Both the position numbers and the translations under genes were made by a program. A stretch of DNA of 64,000 nt, taken from positions 41,914,001 to 41,978,000 of the forward strand of contig OZ076413.1 in assembly GCA_964187785.1 (NCBI GenBank), in the 5' to 3' direction. This document shows positions 1-12,658 of the stretch, piece after piece. Every line of letters starts with the position of its first letter. Position 1 is the stretch's first letter. The notes beneath the pieces were generated by a model. The model made no database searches and had not been told where the DNA came from. It saw only the letters and a list, made by a program, of their open reading frames with translations. The stretch is from Amphiscolops sp. MND2022 (lineage: Eukaryota).

Positions 1-1151
1 CTATATTAGATAAGCTTCTGGTGAATGATACCGAAAGCGTTTCATGAGAATGTTCTCTTTTGAGTATGCCGTATACTCTTTAAGCTAGTCTTTTGATCTG
101 AAAAGCAGCTTTGATGACAAAAAGCATTTCTTAATTGGGGACCCAAATTGTGTCGTTTTTGTGCCGTTTTTATTTTCCGCCCATATTTCATATATGGCAA
201 AGGAAAATATTTAAATCAAACGGTTTTTTTTACAAAATTTGCCAAGAATTAATTTATGTTTAACTTTAAGGGTGTTACCCATAGAATTCAACTCACATAA
301 ATTTAGGTTCGTGAGATATGTATTTGTAGAAATTTTTGGAGTTTTTTAAACTGACGAAAATGACCCCTTAATGACGAAATGACCCCAAAAATGACAAAAA
401 TTCCCAAATTTCTCATTTTTTTAACGTTTTAATGCAATTTTTGTCATTTTTTTGAGAGATACCGCGAATTAGAATGTTGAAAACGTTCAACAGAGCACGA
501 ATTCATTCTCCAATAGTCTTCTATGAAGAGATAAATGCGGTTTTGTACCAGAAAACTGACCCCAAAAATGACAAAATTTCCAAAATTTTCTGATTTTTAA
601 CAATTTTGAGCAATTTTTGTCAAATTTTCGACATATTTCGTTAATTAAAATGTTGAGAACGCTCAACATTGCACGCATTTGCTGTCCGGTAGGCTTTTCA
701 GAAAAGATAGTTGCTTTTTTTCAAATGAAAAAGGTCTCAAATTGATACTGTAAATAACAAAAAAAACCAAAACTTTCCATTTTTCAAATTTTTAAATGCA
801 TTTTTGTCAAATTTTTGACAGACTTCGTAGATTAGAATGTTGAGAAGTGTCAGCAAGGAAAACGTATTAGTCCAGTAGGCTTTTCTAAAGAATTTATTGC
901 AGTTTTCGTAATAAAAAATATCTCAAATTGGCCCCGAAAAAAAACAAAAACTCCAAAATTTCTCTATTTTTACCGTTTTCATGCGTTTTTTGTCAATTTT
1001 TTGATAAACATCGCAAATTAGAATGTTGCAAACGTTCAACAAGGCACGATGTTGTTGTCCAATAGTTTTCTAGGAAGAGATAAATGCGGTTTTGTCAGAG
1101 AAAATTTACCCAACAAATGACCAAAATTCCAAAAAATTCCTAATTTTTAAC

Positions 1152-1750
1152 TGTTTTGGGGGTAGCTCTCAAGCTAAGACGGAGGAACTCAAGACATGGT
1201 TCGAACTAGAAAGATTGAAGGAACTCAAAGATAGAGTTCAAACTATTGAGATGGAGGGAACTCAAGATAGAGTTCAAGCCTTTGCTTTGAAGATTGAGTC
1301 TTGTCTCAAACAAGAGGAATAAATTGATAACGTTTATTGAAGAGTTCAGTAACGGTATGAAAGTATAATAATGATGCAAAGGAGGAGAATTTCAAGACTG
1401 GTTATTAACAAGTTGTTGACTATCAAACGATGAATTTACAGCCAAAGGGCAACAAAAAGGTCTATTCAGGTTGTTTACATATGTTCATGTACGCATACAT
1501 AAATGAGCAACATTACAAATGTCAACTGATATGATTGATATATCAGAGGTCAAGAATGAATGAACAAAAATAGCAATGATATGATTGATATATCAGAGGT
1601 CAAGAATGAATGAACAAAAATAGTAACAAAAGATAGCACTGTTGCAGATTCGAACCCGGTCAGACTGGCTCGGAAGCAAACACTCATCCCATCCACTGTG
1701 CTAAGTGGACTGATAATTATACGATACTATTCTAATGTCGTGCGCCAACA
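1152..1750 (-). repeat. 3' LTR of BEL/Pao element
   Basis: tgttttggggg...gcgccaaca, near-identical to 5603-6190; internal 50-bp duplication and ggaactcaagatagagttcaa repeats. Confidence 0.95.
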
Positions 1751-2014
1751 TCCCACCGGCCATGAAGTATCAGCTTAATTAAATATAGGGTTAGCACACG
1801 TAATACAAATTGGAAATTGAGTTGACTTTGGGTATTAGAGTTGGGTGTGTAGCTTGCTCCAGTTGAAAAATTCAAAATATTTGCTGGCTTCTTTTATTCT
1901 CTTCACACACTAAACCTCCTCCCTCGCCCCCCCTTCATCTGAATGGAAGGAATCCAGATCTGAGCAAAGTTCCCTTAGGACATTGGGAACCTACTCACCA
2001 GAGGTGAGGTAGGA

Positions 2015-2104
2015 GTGTGGGCGTGAGCAGGGCTCGAACCACCGACCTGGCGGTTGTCTAATGATCTAACTGTTGCCTTAACGTTTGCCACTAAGCCACG
2101 ACAC
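2015..2104 (-). mobile_element. tRNA-derived SINE-like head (Pol III A/B boxes) beside the integrase deletion
   Basis: On -: TGGCTTAGTGG (A box, 2098-2088) and GGTTCGAGCCC (B box, 2040-2030); not a complete cloverleaf. Confidence 0.55.
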
Positions 2105-2124
2105 GCAGTTTCATTGTCATTCAT

Positions 2125-2310
2125 GGGACACGCGGTTTGACACAAACGTATGCCATCGAGCAGGGTCTGCCTTGATCCATGAGAGAGCGATTGTTGAGTC
2201 TGAGTACAGCACAGAGATGTTCAATGCGTGCTTTGATTCAACAATCGCTCTCTCATGGATCAAGGCAGACTCTGCTCGATGGCATACGTTTGTGTCAAAC
2301 CGCGTGTCCC
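2125..2310. repeat. Inverted repeat, 76-bp arms and 34-bp spacer, made of Pao RNase H coding sequence
   Basis: 2125-2200 is the reverse complement of 2235-2310 with 2 mismatches. Confidence 0.92.
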
Positions 2311-5300
2311 AAATTCAGCCAATGCTCCCAACAACTGGATTCATAGTGCCCCCTTGACTGCTGTTGCAAGTTTAGCACCCGTGTGAACTGCCAGGAGTTC
2401 GAGTCGAGGGAGAGTTGAGGGTTTGATCGGAGCCACCTTGCATTTGGAGGAGATGAGGGTTGAAGAGACTATGTCATCTTTGACTGACACCAGATAAACA
2501 CAGGCACCGTATGCTGTTTCCGAGGCATCACAGAAGACTTGAAAGGATGCTTCGTCATACAAGTGGGTTGGCAGCACCTTCCGGGGTATCTTGAGTTGTG
2601 ATAGTGAGCTCATGTCATCTTTCCAGTTTATGTATGCCCGTTACACATCATCTGGGACTGCATCATTCCACTCAAGATCCAGCTGCCAGCAGGACTGAAT
2701 GATGACCTTGGCTACTACCGGAACTGGGGCTATGAGGCCAATTGGATCAAAATGCTTTGAAACATCACTGAGTAAAGTTCGTTTTGTAATGATTGAAATA
2801 TACTCACTACTACTTGCGTACACAAAGTGATCCTCTAGAGGATGCCACGTCAGTCCTAGTGTTTTGATTTGGTGGGTTTTGTCGTTGATTTCGTACGCCT
2901 TGCCAGCTTCTTGAAGGTCTTTGGGAAGACGAGTGACCAGTTGGGGTTCATTGCTGCTCCACTTGCGTAGTGGGAGACAGTTCTTGTTGAGGGTTTCAAT
3001 CAGATCGTCTTGAAGCACGCATGCTTCCTCTAGTGTATCAGCACCACTAAGTAGATCGTCAACCCAGAAGTCATTGAGAGTCACTTTCACTGTGTTGGGA
3101 TTGGGCCTGTTTGTTTTACCACTCTCTTGAAGTGCTCGGGTTGAATGGTAGGAGGAGCTGGCAACACCGTACGTCACACGGGTCATACGCAATTCTCTGA
3201 TCTCATCTGTCACGTAATCACGCCACAGAATTCGATGAAAATTACGATCTGATTCGTCTAGAGCCAATTGTCTGTACATTTTTGCTACATCTACTGACAA
3301 GGCATATTGGTGTAGGCGAAAGCGGATAAGAATATCAAACACATCGTCCTGCAAGCGGGGTCCAAGCAATAGGCAATCGTTCAACGAGGTGCCATTTGGG
3401 GATTTGCTGCTAGTATCGAACACGACACGGAGCTTGGTCGTTGTGCTATCCTTGAAGACACAGTGATGGGGTAAGTAGTAACACAAGCTAAAAGTCTGAG
3501 GAGCTTCTTCCAAGTGACCCATGTCTACAAACTCCTTGATAAAGTCACGGTACTGCTGCTTTACATCACCGTGATCCTTGAGTTTTCGCTCCAAAGCGAA
3601 CAATCTCTGCTTTGCTGTGTGAAAAATGTTTGAGGGACGTGCCTCAGACTTGAAAGGCAGACGAACAGTGATGCGGCCATCATCATCAACATAGGTTGTT
3701 GTGTCGTAATGCTCCACACATTGACGATTTTCTTTGGACATTGGCTTCACTCGAGGAATCTCTTCATCTTCCCAGAAGCGAGCAAGATCCAGTTCCACTG
3801 CAACTTGGAATGATTGACATTGATAGGTACGCACTTGGGACAGCACTCCAGTGACCACCCAGCCGAAGATAGACTTGCGATAGTGAAGCCCATGAGCCTT
3901 CCTCCTTTGGACCAGAAAGAGATCCTCGTACACATCCGCGCCCAACAATAATTGAATGCGGCCAGGTTGATCGAAGTGTTCGTCAGCTAATGCGACACTT
4001 TTCATTGTTTTCAATTGTTTCAAATTATTGGATTGAGAGGGTATATTACCTGCAATTGAGTTCAGCACTAGTGCTGTTACCGGCAGTTTTTGAGGACCAA
4101 TCACGAGATTGACTGACTCCTTTGCTGCTTGTTGCCGTCCACCATTCCCTGAGATCTTCACATCAACTGTTGAACGGGCGATGTTGAGTTTCGATGCTGC
4201 CTCCGCTGTGATCAAGGATGTTTGAGACCCAGAGTCCAGCAGGGCTCGGAACATCAATGTCTTTCCAGCTGTGTCGTCTATGCCAACCATTGCTGTTGAG
4301 AGAAGCACAGATGGACCACTGAACGTTGCACCGCTTGTCACACCACTTTGCTGCTCGACTGCACGATCAAAATGCAGCGATGTGTGATGTCTCCCGTTGA
4401 AAGTGCGGCAGCTGAACTTGGATGGACAGTCAGCCACGAAATGCCGCCCCAGACAGTTCATGCACAGTTTGAGCTTCCTCACCACTGCCTTTCTCTCACG
4501 TGTGCCCAACTGCTTATAGCGATCACACTGAGAAATTGAGTGAGACCCATTGCATTCTTTCATCTGACAGCTTGCTGAGTGCTCAACAGTTGAGGAATAT
4601 GCTTCTTGAAGCACCTTCTTAGGCGTCGTCTTGGGGACGGAAGCTTCATGCTGGTCACCGCTTGATTCCAATGCACGGCTTCGTCTATCCATGAATGTAG
4701 TTAACTCCTTGAATGTTAACACATCTGTGCCAGGATGAGCCAATTCAAATTGCTTTCTCGACTCAGCATCAATTTTCTCAAGCAGCCAGTACACAAGTAT
4801 TGCATCCCATTGATCAACAGGAAGCCCTGAGGCTTCTAGTGCTTGCACATGTTCATTGGTCGACTCCAGTAACTTGCGCAGCTCGACACTTGACTCCTTC
4901 TTGATGACTGGTAGGGCATGAATTGCCGCCAAGGGCGCGTTCACGATTGATCGCTTGTTGTTGTAGCGCTCCTCTAACTTACGCTTGGCGATGTCGTAAT
5001 TGGTATTAGTGACCAACAAAGATGAAACTATCTGAGCTGCATCACCCTTCAGTGCCAGCTTGAGGTATGATAGCTTCTCAACGTTTGTCATGTCACGTTT
5101 GCTGTCAACCAGAGTTGTGAATTGGTCCCAGAAAGAGACCCACTGTGTGTATTCGCCACTGAATGAGGGAAGAGTCAGCTTGGGGACAGTCAAGTCTGGG
5201 GCTTTGTAGTCAGGCTGCCACTTGATGGTGTCGCTGCAGCGCTTGGGCTTGGAGGCTGCAACTCCTTGATTCTGCCCTGACTCCACTTCACAGCCATTTC

Positions 5301-5588
5301 GGCTGCCATGAACACGTCAGCTGCTTCTTCCACGTCGGCTACTAGTTCATCGTCATCATCAATGAGTTGTTGGATCTGCGAATCCAACTCTGTCAGCATC
5401 TTGCGACGATCAATCAGGAACTCCAATGTGGCTTGAACAACCTCGAGCGGTCCACCAGCTTGCCGGATTGCTGCTGCCCGTCTTGTGAAGACGCCGCGAT
5501 GAGCCCCTCTTGACCGTTTGAGCCGAGGCAACTTCATCTCATCAGCAGAGCCGTCTGAACCTCCTGATTCATCTGCTGTTGACATCAC
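2125..5588 (-). pseudogene. BEL/Pao gag-pol (gag with Cys-rich knuckles, aspartic protease, RT, RNase H); frameshift near 5200, in-frame stop at 2641, truncated before integrase
   Basis: PKLTLPSFSGEYTQW, CMNCLGRHFVADC, LLDSGSQ, YYLPHH, KLRVVFD, MTRVTYGV, FWVDDLLSG, FCDASETAYG, LPRLELLA, DSTIALSWI. Confidence 0.93.
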
Positions 5589-5601
5589 GTTGAGGTCACC
5601 A
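5584..5601 (-). promoter_or_regulatory. Primer-binding site, tRNA-Trp-like
   Basis: TGGTGACCTCAACGTGAT 1 nt inside the 5' LTR boundary; resembles the complement of the eukaryotic tRNA-Trp 3' end (recalled as TGGTGACCCCGACGTGAT). Confidence 0.8.
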
Positions 5602-5602
5602 A

Positions 5603-6190
5603 TGTTTTGGGGGTAGCTCTCAAGCTAAGACGGAGGAACTCAAGACAGGGTTCGAACTAGAAAGATTCAAGGAACTCAAAGATAGAGTTCAAACTATTGA
5701 GATGGAGGGAACTCAAGATAGAGTTCAAGCCTTTGCTTTGAAGATTGAGTCTTGTCTCAAACAAGAGGACTAAATTGATAACGTTTATTGAACAGTTCAG
5801 TAACGGTATGAAAGTAAAATAATGATGCAAAGGAGGAGAATTTCATGACTGGTTATTAACAAGTTGTTGACTATCAAACGATGAATTTACAGCCAAAGGG
5901 CAACAAAAAGGTCTATTCAGGTTGTTTACATATGTTCATGTACGCATACATAAATGAGCAACATCACAAATGTCAACTGATATGATTGATTTATCAGAGG
6001 TCAAGAATGAATGAACAAAAATAGCAATGATATGATTGAAATATCAGAGGTCAAGAATGAATGAACAAAAATAGCAACAAAACATAGCACTGTTGCTGAT
6101 TCGAACCCGGTCAGACTGGCTCGGAAGCAAACACTCATCCACTGTGCTAAGTGGACTGATAATTATACGATTCTATGTCGTGCGCCAACA
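5603..6190 (-). repeat. 5' LTR of BEL/Pao element
   Basis: Direct repeat of 1152-1750, adjacent to the PBS. Confidence 0.95.
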
Positions 6191-8648
6191 TTAACGATTT
6201 TTTTCAATTTTTGTCGAATTTTAGTAGGACTTCGTTGTTAGAATGTTGAAAACGGTCAAAGTGGCCCGTATTAGCTGTCCAGTAGGCTTTTCCGAAAAGA
6301 TTATTTCTTTTTTCTGAATGAAAAGGTCTCAAATTGAAACCGAAAGTGACAAAAAACCCAAAACTTTCTCTTTTTCAATTTTTTAATGCAATTTTGTCAC
6401 ATTTTCGACAGACTTCGTAGATCAGAATGTTGCGAAGCGTAAGCAAGGAACAGTATTGGTCCAAAAAGTTTTTCCGAAGAATTCAATGCAGTTTTCTAGA
6501 TGAAGAAAATCTCAAGTTGGCACCAAAAATGACAAAAAACCCAAAATTTTCCTATTTTCAATGTTTTTATGCAATTTCTGTCACGATTTCGACAGACTCC
6601 GTAGATTGGAATAATGAAAACGTTCAGCAATGTAGCAGTTTGATGTCCGGTAGTCTTCAAAGATGAGATAGTTTCAGTTTTTTGAATGAAAAAGTCTCAA
6701 CTTGACACCGAAATTGACGAAAATCCCAAAACTTTTCAATTTTCAAAGTTTTATGCAGTTTTTCTTGAACATTTTCAACATACTCCGGAGATTGGAATGT
6801 TAGAAAGGGTCGTCAACAAGAAACAAATGTTGTCCCGTATGCTTAGTGGAACGATAAATGCAGCTTTTCAAATGAAAAATGTCTGGAATTGACATCCAAA
6901 AAGGAAAAACTTCAAAATTTTCTATTTTCATCGTTTTTCTTCGAATATTACCAAACTATCGACAGACGTTGTGGAATGTTAAAACCCCTAAACAATGTGA
7001 AAGTTGTTGTCCCTGTAAGCTTTCGACAACAGATAAGAACAATTTCTAATTCAAAAGTGCTTGAAATTGACATTGAAGTAGTCGAAAAATTCGACGATTG
7101 TGTCGTTTTTGATGCAATTTCCGTACAATTCCCGAAAGTCTTCGTTATTAGTTCCATAACGCTTAACAACGAAAGAACGAGCTATGCAATACATTTTTTG
7201 AAGGAACGTTGCAGCGTTTTGCTTTAAAAACACCAACAATTTTTTGCTTTCAACATCATCGTTTTTAAGCAACCCATGTCTACATTTTGAAGCGTTTTGG
7301 ATTCAGAACGATGGCAAAGGTTCAACAAGGATTGAACGCTTTTTTCAGTCGGCCTTTAGAGAAATATTTGCAGACTTCGGCTCAAAATTGGCTCAAACCT
7401 GACCGCAAAAGTCAAAAAAGTCAGAGTTTTGCTGATTTCTGACAGTTTCAGTGATTTTTGTTGAGATTGGAAAATTGTAAGATGAAAGCTCTGACTAGCT
7501 CTAGATGATTAAACTAGATTCACAGCACGTTTTTAAAGAAAAATTTACATCTTTTGCGCCGGAAAGTTTCCTCAGAAAGACCCAAATAAAGCAGAAAGAA
7601 AATTTTCAAATTGTTTTTACACTTTAGGCAGTTTTTGTACAATTATTGAGTGGCATAAAAAAATTTTAAGGATTCAACAATGTCGACTAGGGTAAATCCT
7701 GGTATCCAGTACGCTATTTTGAAGATATATTTGGAATTTTTGGTTGGAATTGGTCTCAAAGCACCTCAAAATCCATTCAACAACAAAAACGCACGTTTTT
7801 TGACAAATTATACATAATTTTTGTCCAACCAAGAACATTTTTGTAGAATAGAACTTCCATTCACCCGAGCGTTGAAACGAAAGGGTATTCACAACGCAAT
7901 TTGGGGGAAACGTAGGATGAAGTTAGTCGAGTTTAGAACAAAGGTATCAAAAGTTTCGATTTTTCTCAATTTTCGACAACATAGTCCCAACTCTGGACCA
8001 TTTCCGAAATCTTACATCAATCAGAAAACCCATGGGCTCAGGATTGAAACGTTTAGCTACCGGTAGTGTATCAAAAAGATCTCAGACAAGTGTTTTTGCT
8101 CAACTTTCAAAAACTTTACCTGAAAACGTACACTTCGACCTTAATTGTCAAGTATTGAATTTTCAGTAAGCTTCAAGCAAAAACAATAGCTATGGAGAAC
8201 ACCTTCCAAAGGAAAATGTTTCAAGCTATATCGTGGAAAATAATCCCAATAAATACTCCTGAGATTGGAAACCACTTTTTTCCCAACAAGATTTTCAGAA
8301 CGCCATATTTTTGATTTTTTCGGTAAAATCCTATGAAGGCGGAACAAGTTTCAGCTCACAAACTACCTTTTTGATGCCCAAATCAGCTATGAAATCAAGA
8401 GGGTACGCTTTGACCAAATGAAAATTTCGGGAAGAGGCACGGAGCCGGAAAAAATTGAAATGATGTTTTTTTAACAGTCAATAAGAGACTTCATCAGTTC
8501 CACATGATTAAAAGTAACGAAAAGGTCACCCGTAAGACTCGGAAAACTTATTTCTTTCACAGAAAACCTCAAAAACTAAAATTTGTAAAAAAAATTTTTT
8601 TGAAATTTGTTTTCGAAAAAAAATGAAAAAATTCACTCGGAAAGTCGC

Positions 8649-11124
8649 TGTCACAGCCCGCTCCCGGTCTGGATTGTCATTGCAGACGAGTGGGGATCGG
8701 AAGAGGCCATGGATGCAGCCTGCGATTCCCCAAATGGTATTTCAATTACTAACTTGAAAACTTTAAACCCTAATCTTAAATAAACTGTGACTAGAAATAC
8801 GAAAATGCACGTCTAACTTACGTAAAGTTTAAACGAAAATGAGAACAGAAACTAAAATGAACCAAGGTGATTTCATACATTTCCGGCAGGACGCCTTTAT
8901 TACGTCAAAATAGAAATATTCGCCACCTGAAAACTTAATTAAGAATACATCTTGAAAAAAGACCATAGACCGATATAAACGAAAACATATCCAAAATTGT
9001 CAATCGGGAAATAACATCAATCAGATCTAAAATAGAAAATACTTTGAGATGGCACGCCGAAACATTTACGCTTTTTCTAAGAAAGGCAGCTTAATTGCAC
9101 TTTGAACAGCAATTAATGTGAAATAGGACGATACCGCGCCGCTGAGTAAACAAATATTGAAAGTACATGCAAATATTACTATAATTGTGACGTTAGCATT
9201 CCGTCGCTTACTAGTTAACAAGATATAAAGTATTCCAATTCAGACGTCAGTGTGACGTCACAGCTACGGCAGCTAGCTAGATTTCATTCCAAATTGACGT
9301 CCTCGCTACGTCCACAATGCTGGACTAAGCCTAAAATTAATACGTACGTCCGCGTTACGTCCAATATCCAGCGAGACAAGATGTTTTATCAATCCAGAGG
9401 ATGGAACGAATATTATTCAAATTAATCGGTACCAGGGATTCGTTTAAAGTACTTGGGAATTTAACAAAATGAATAATTTCATGGATCAACACTACATTTC
9501 AGCAGAACAAAATCCCCACCGGTTAAAAATTTCCCTAAAAGCTTAATTCGAAATGAAACTATTTGTATAATATGCGCGGAAAGTCACAGTTTATGATCAC
9601 AGTGGAAGTAGACTGAGTATTTTATATTGAAAACATATTTTTACATGTTTGTATTTCGTATTATATACTACCAAATGTACAAGCAGCAGTTCATTTGTTG
9701 CTCACTCAGACGATGGCCCGTCGTCCCCCATTTTCAAGACTAATCAGTTATATGTCTAGAACCGTTGCATTGTTCATATGTATTATATAATGAGTGATTA
9801 ACCCTCGTTATTAAATGTGTTGTAATACTGAAGTTAAATGTTAAAGAGGTATTTAAAGTTTTGTTCTTTTGGTTAATTTGTAAAATATCGACGTCACGTC
9901 GACAATTGTTCTGAGTCCAACAATATTGCTATACGTGCAAAATAATATCTAATGACAGTGTATGAATGCTAAATTAACGCCATAGAGTCACTTAATTAAT
10001 GCCTTTCAGTGAAAGTGCCAATAACCGAAATCAGGGCGCTAAATCAGATAATTTGGCTTTCCTATTCAGCTGGCGCTCACGTTTCGCTATCCTTGTTTCA
10101 TTAATTAATGATCACCCAGTTTAGAATTAATTTGGAAATTGTTGCTGCTTCTATACTCTCGCCTTTATTCTTCCCTAGCATCATCGGAAATTTCAGTGTT
10201 GAAAACATTAGTCATGACATTTTCCTCAGGTTAAAATTCAAAACCAAGTATTAGTTGTTCACGTCAGCGTCATCTCAGCGTCAAAATTCTAAGGAACCAA
10301 AGCAGTAAAACGGGGAAGCATTTCCGGTTTGACAGACTGAAGAAATATCTACTTCCTGCTTGGGAGGAATTAAAAAGGACGCCGGGATGAAATGATATGA
10401 TTATGGTTGATGAGTAATGTAGGATGAAGATCATCGTGTCTCAAAAATTGACGAAAAGTCGACGTAAAATTGGGAACAAATGATTTTTTCATCGAAAATA
10501 CAGGAAATGACTAATTATCCGAAGGAAATTAAGATTTTAACTCGTGATCAAATGATGCTAGGAGGGTATATATATATACGGTCATTTTAGTTGACTGAGG
10601 GACTCAGTCCTTTGTAATTGTACAATTCAGTTGAATTCTCAATTTCGCTAAAACTCTCATTTAACTCTGTTAGAAAATACCTTTGAAAGAAATTCAATTC
10701 TTCAAGACAAGACTTTTCTACAGCAAAATGTCAACAACAAGAAGCCAGAAAAGAAAGAATGATCATCAAGAAGGTGATAGAAATGTAAGTGAAGGTTTTG
10801 TTTCACCAATAGGAGTAGAAAATCCCCGTTCCTCAATCCAGGACGTAGAAATAGCGGGCCCTTCTAGATCAAAATCTCCTCGCATTGAAAATAGCTCTTT
10901 GGAGAACTTAAGGGCTTCTTTGAAAGAAGAAATAACTTCCGAAATTAAAATCCTCCTCATTGAGTTCCAGAAGGAAATGTTGAAGCTCCTAAGACCTGAA
11001 ATAAAAGAAAAAACTAGAGATAACATTAACGAGGAAATAGAAAACGAAACTAGGAGTTTCCACACTCCAACAAGATCAGTCCGAATGAATTCTACACAAA
11101 ACGACCCGAATATATGTCGTAACA
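8649..11124 (+). mobile_element. Solo LTR (~2.48 kb)
   Basis: TGTCAC...GTAACA termini flanked by a 5-bp TSD GTCGC (8644-8648, 11125-11129); TATATATA run at ~10567; no pol motifs inside. Confidence 0.8.
10728..11124 (+). CDS. Probable gag N-terminus encoded inside the solo LTR (MSTTRSQKRK..., coiled-coil), open to the LTR end
   Basis: ATG at 10728 downstream of the TATA run; 132 uninterrupted codons to the terminal CA; low-complexity plus coiled-coil composition. Confidence 0.55.
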
Positions 11125-12658
11125 GTCGCATAGTGTCGAAATTACGAAAACTGGCCAGCTGTCGCAGCAATATTAAAATAAAGCTGTTTCCTTCAAAACT
11201 GGGCAAAGATAAATCGAAGCTTCCTTTTCTTCGAACTTCTTAGAGTTTTTATAGTGCATTAGTTACCCTTGAGCCTCAAATTTATGTAGTTGTAGAACAG
11301 TTCGGGCGGAAAATATCTCGCTGCTCAGCGGGCGTCTTGTTTAAAATTGTTCCATTAGTAGAAAAATTGTCCGACTCCTTAACCCTTGGTTCTCCGTACG
11401 ATATTGCTTATTTGGTTTTCTCTTCAAAAGTTCGCAACTTTTTTCGTACGCTTTTGCGGAGCACAGCTTCGCTTCTGTGTTTTAAGTAGAAATTATACTA
11501 AGATGATAAATGTTTTGTTGAAAGCTTCAGAAATGTCACAAAAAGTTTAACACGGTAGGATGGACAAGAAATGGTCCTAAAGGACAGCGATTGTAGCAAT
11601 AGTTCGCTATAGGCTGTTTTCTAAAGTATTTTCAAAGCTCTTTCTGCTCCAGATAAAATCGAAAGTTTTTTCTAGAGCTTCTATAAAAACTTTTTTTTGC
11701 AGCGCAATGAAACTTCAAAAAGTTTCAGCTGCACATTTATCCATCACGTTTTCAGTTACTTTCGGATTCTCATGACTTTTAATTTACTTTGAGGGGTTAA
11801 AGTAATCTCGGCTGATTTCAACTTTTCAAGATGTTAGTTTTCCGAAACTCAGTTTTTGCGTCAATTATGTTATCAGTTTGTACGAAAAGTGTCTTTTAAA
11901 TTAGAGTCCTTCGAAATGCCTTCAGGAACCTCAATTCTCATTCTTCTTCTCGCAGAGATTCATTTTTTGTAAAGATTGCAATGAAACTCGGCATTTTATC
12001 GACTGTTTGCCTAGTGTTTGACAGAGCTATTTGTCTATGACTAATATACAAATTTCGAAACATATTTCGTGCATAAATGCAAAAACTAGTTTTCAGATGT
12101 GTCTTTGTTTTGTTTCGTTGTTTCCGTTACTTTTTCTTGCAATTCCTGCAGCATTGTAGGAAAAATACCACAGCGCCACTGCGCTTCTAGTTATGCTTGT
12201 GCTCAATACATGTCAACGTACGGGAAACTTCCTCTCGAAAACGTTTTCCCTGTAAGTTATCAGGGCGAGGGCCTATAGTAGAGCTGAACGATGTTTCTTC
12301 TTCCTCTTCGATGTTTCTTCATTAGACGATTTTTTGGCATACAATGAACAAATGATTACTACTCTATCGAACAAATTTTTAAATTGAATTTTGATAATCC
12401 ACAGACTTGACAACTTTCTACAGTCAATGTCAATAACTCACAAAATGGTATGGAGTTGCTCCCCTACGACGGGGTAGTGTGTTCTTCCTCAACTATACTG
12501 ACTCGCATTTAAAATTGCTGCCAAAAAATTTTTCTTCAGCATTCTCAGATCCAGCCTTCGATCGAACTTTGTTAAAGACACTGAGCACCCACGATATAAC
12601 AATACTTCATCTTTGTATAAAACACCCTCAATGGGTCACTCCAATTGGAGGACATTAG

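Larger units (their letters stand above)
1152..6190 (-). mobile_element. BEL/Pao LTR retrotransposon, integrase deleted (non-autonomous)
   Basis: Paired LTRs 1152-1750 and 5603-6190 (TG...CA), 5-bp TSD TTAAC (1147-1151, 6191-6195), PBS next to the right LTR, purine-rich GGCCGGTGGGA next to the left LTR on -, Pao-type gag/PR/RT/RH motifs. Confidence 0.96.
330..7100. repeat. Degenerate ~180-185 bp tandem satellite, interrupted by the BEL/Pao element (1152-6190)
   Basis: Motif (tt)agaatgttgaaaacgttcaac recurs at ~469, 648, 833, 1018, then 6238, 6422, 6607, 6791, 6971; the unit broken at 1151 resumes at 6196. Outer limits are approximate. Confidence 0.8.

Noticed and set aside
1636..2104. Functional tRNA genes
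   Set aside because: A and B boxes are present but I could not form acceptor and anticodon stems; reported as tRNA-derived instead.
2085..2357. Independent plus-strand gene
   Set aside because: The ORF is a by-product of the inverted duplication of Pao RNase H sequence.
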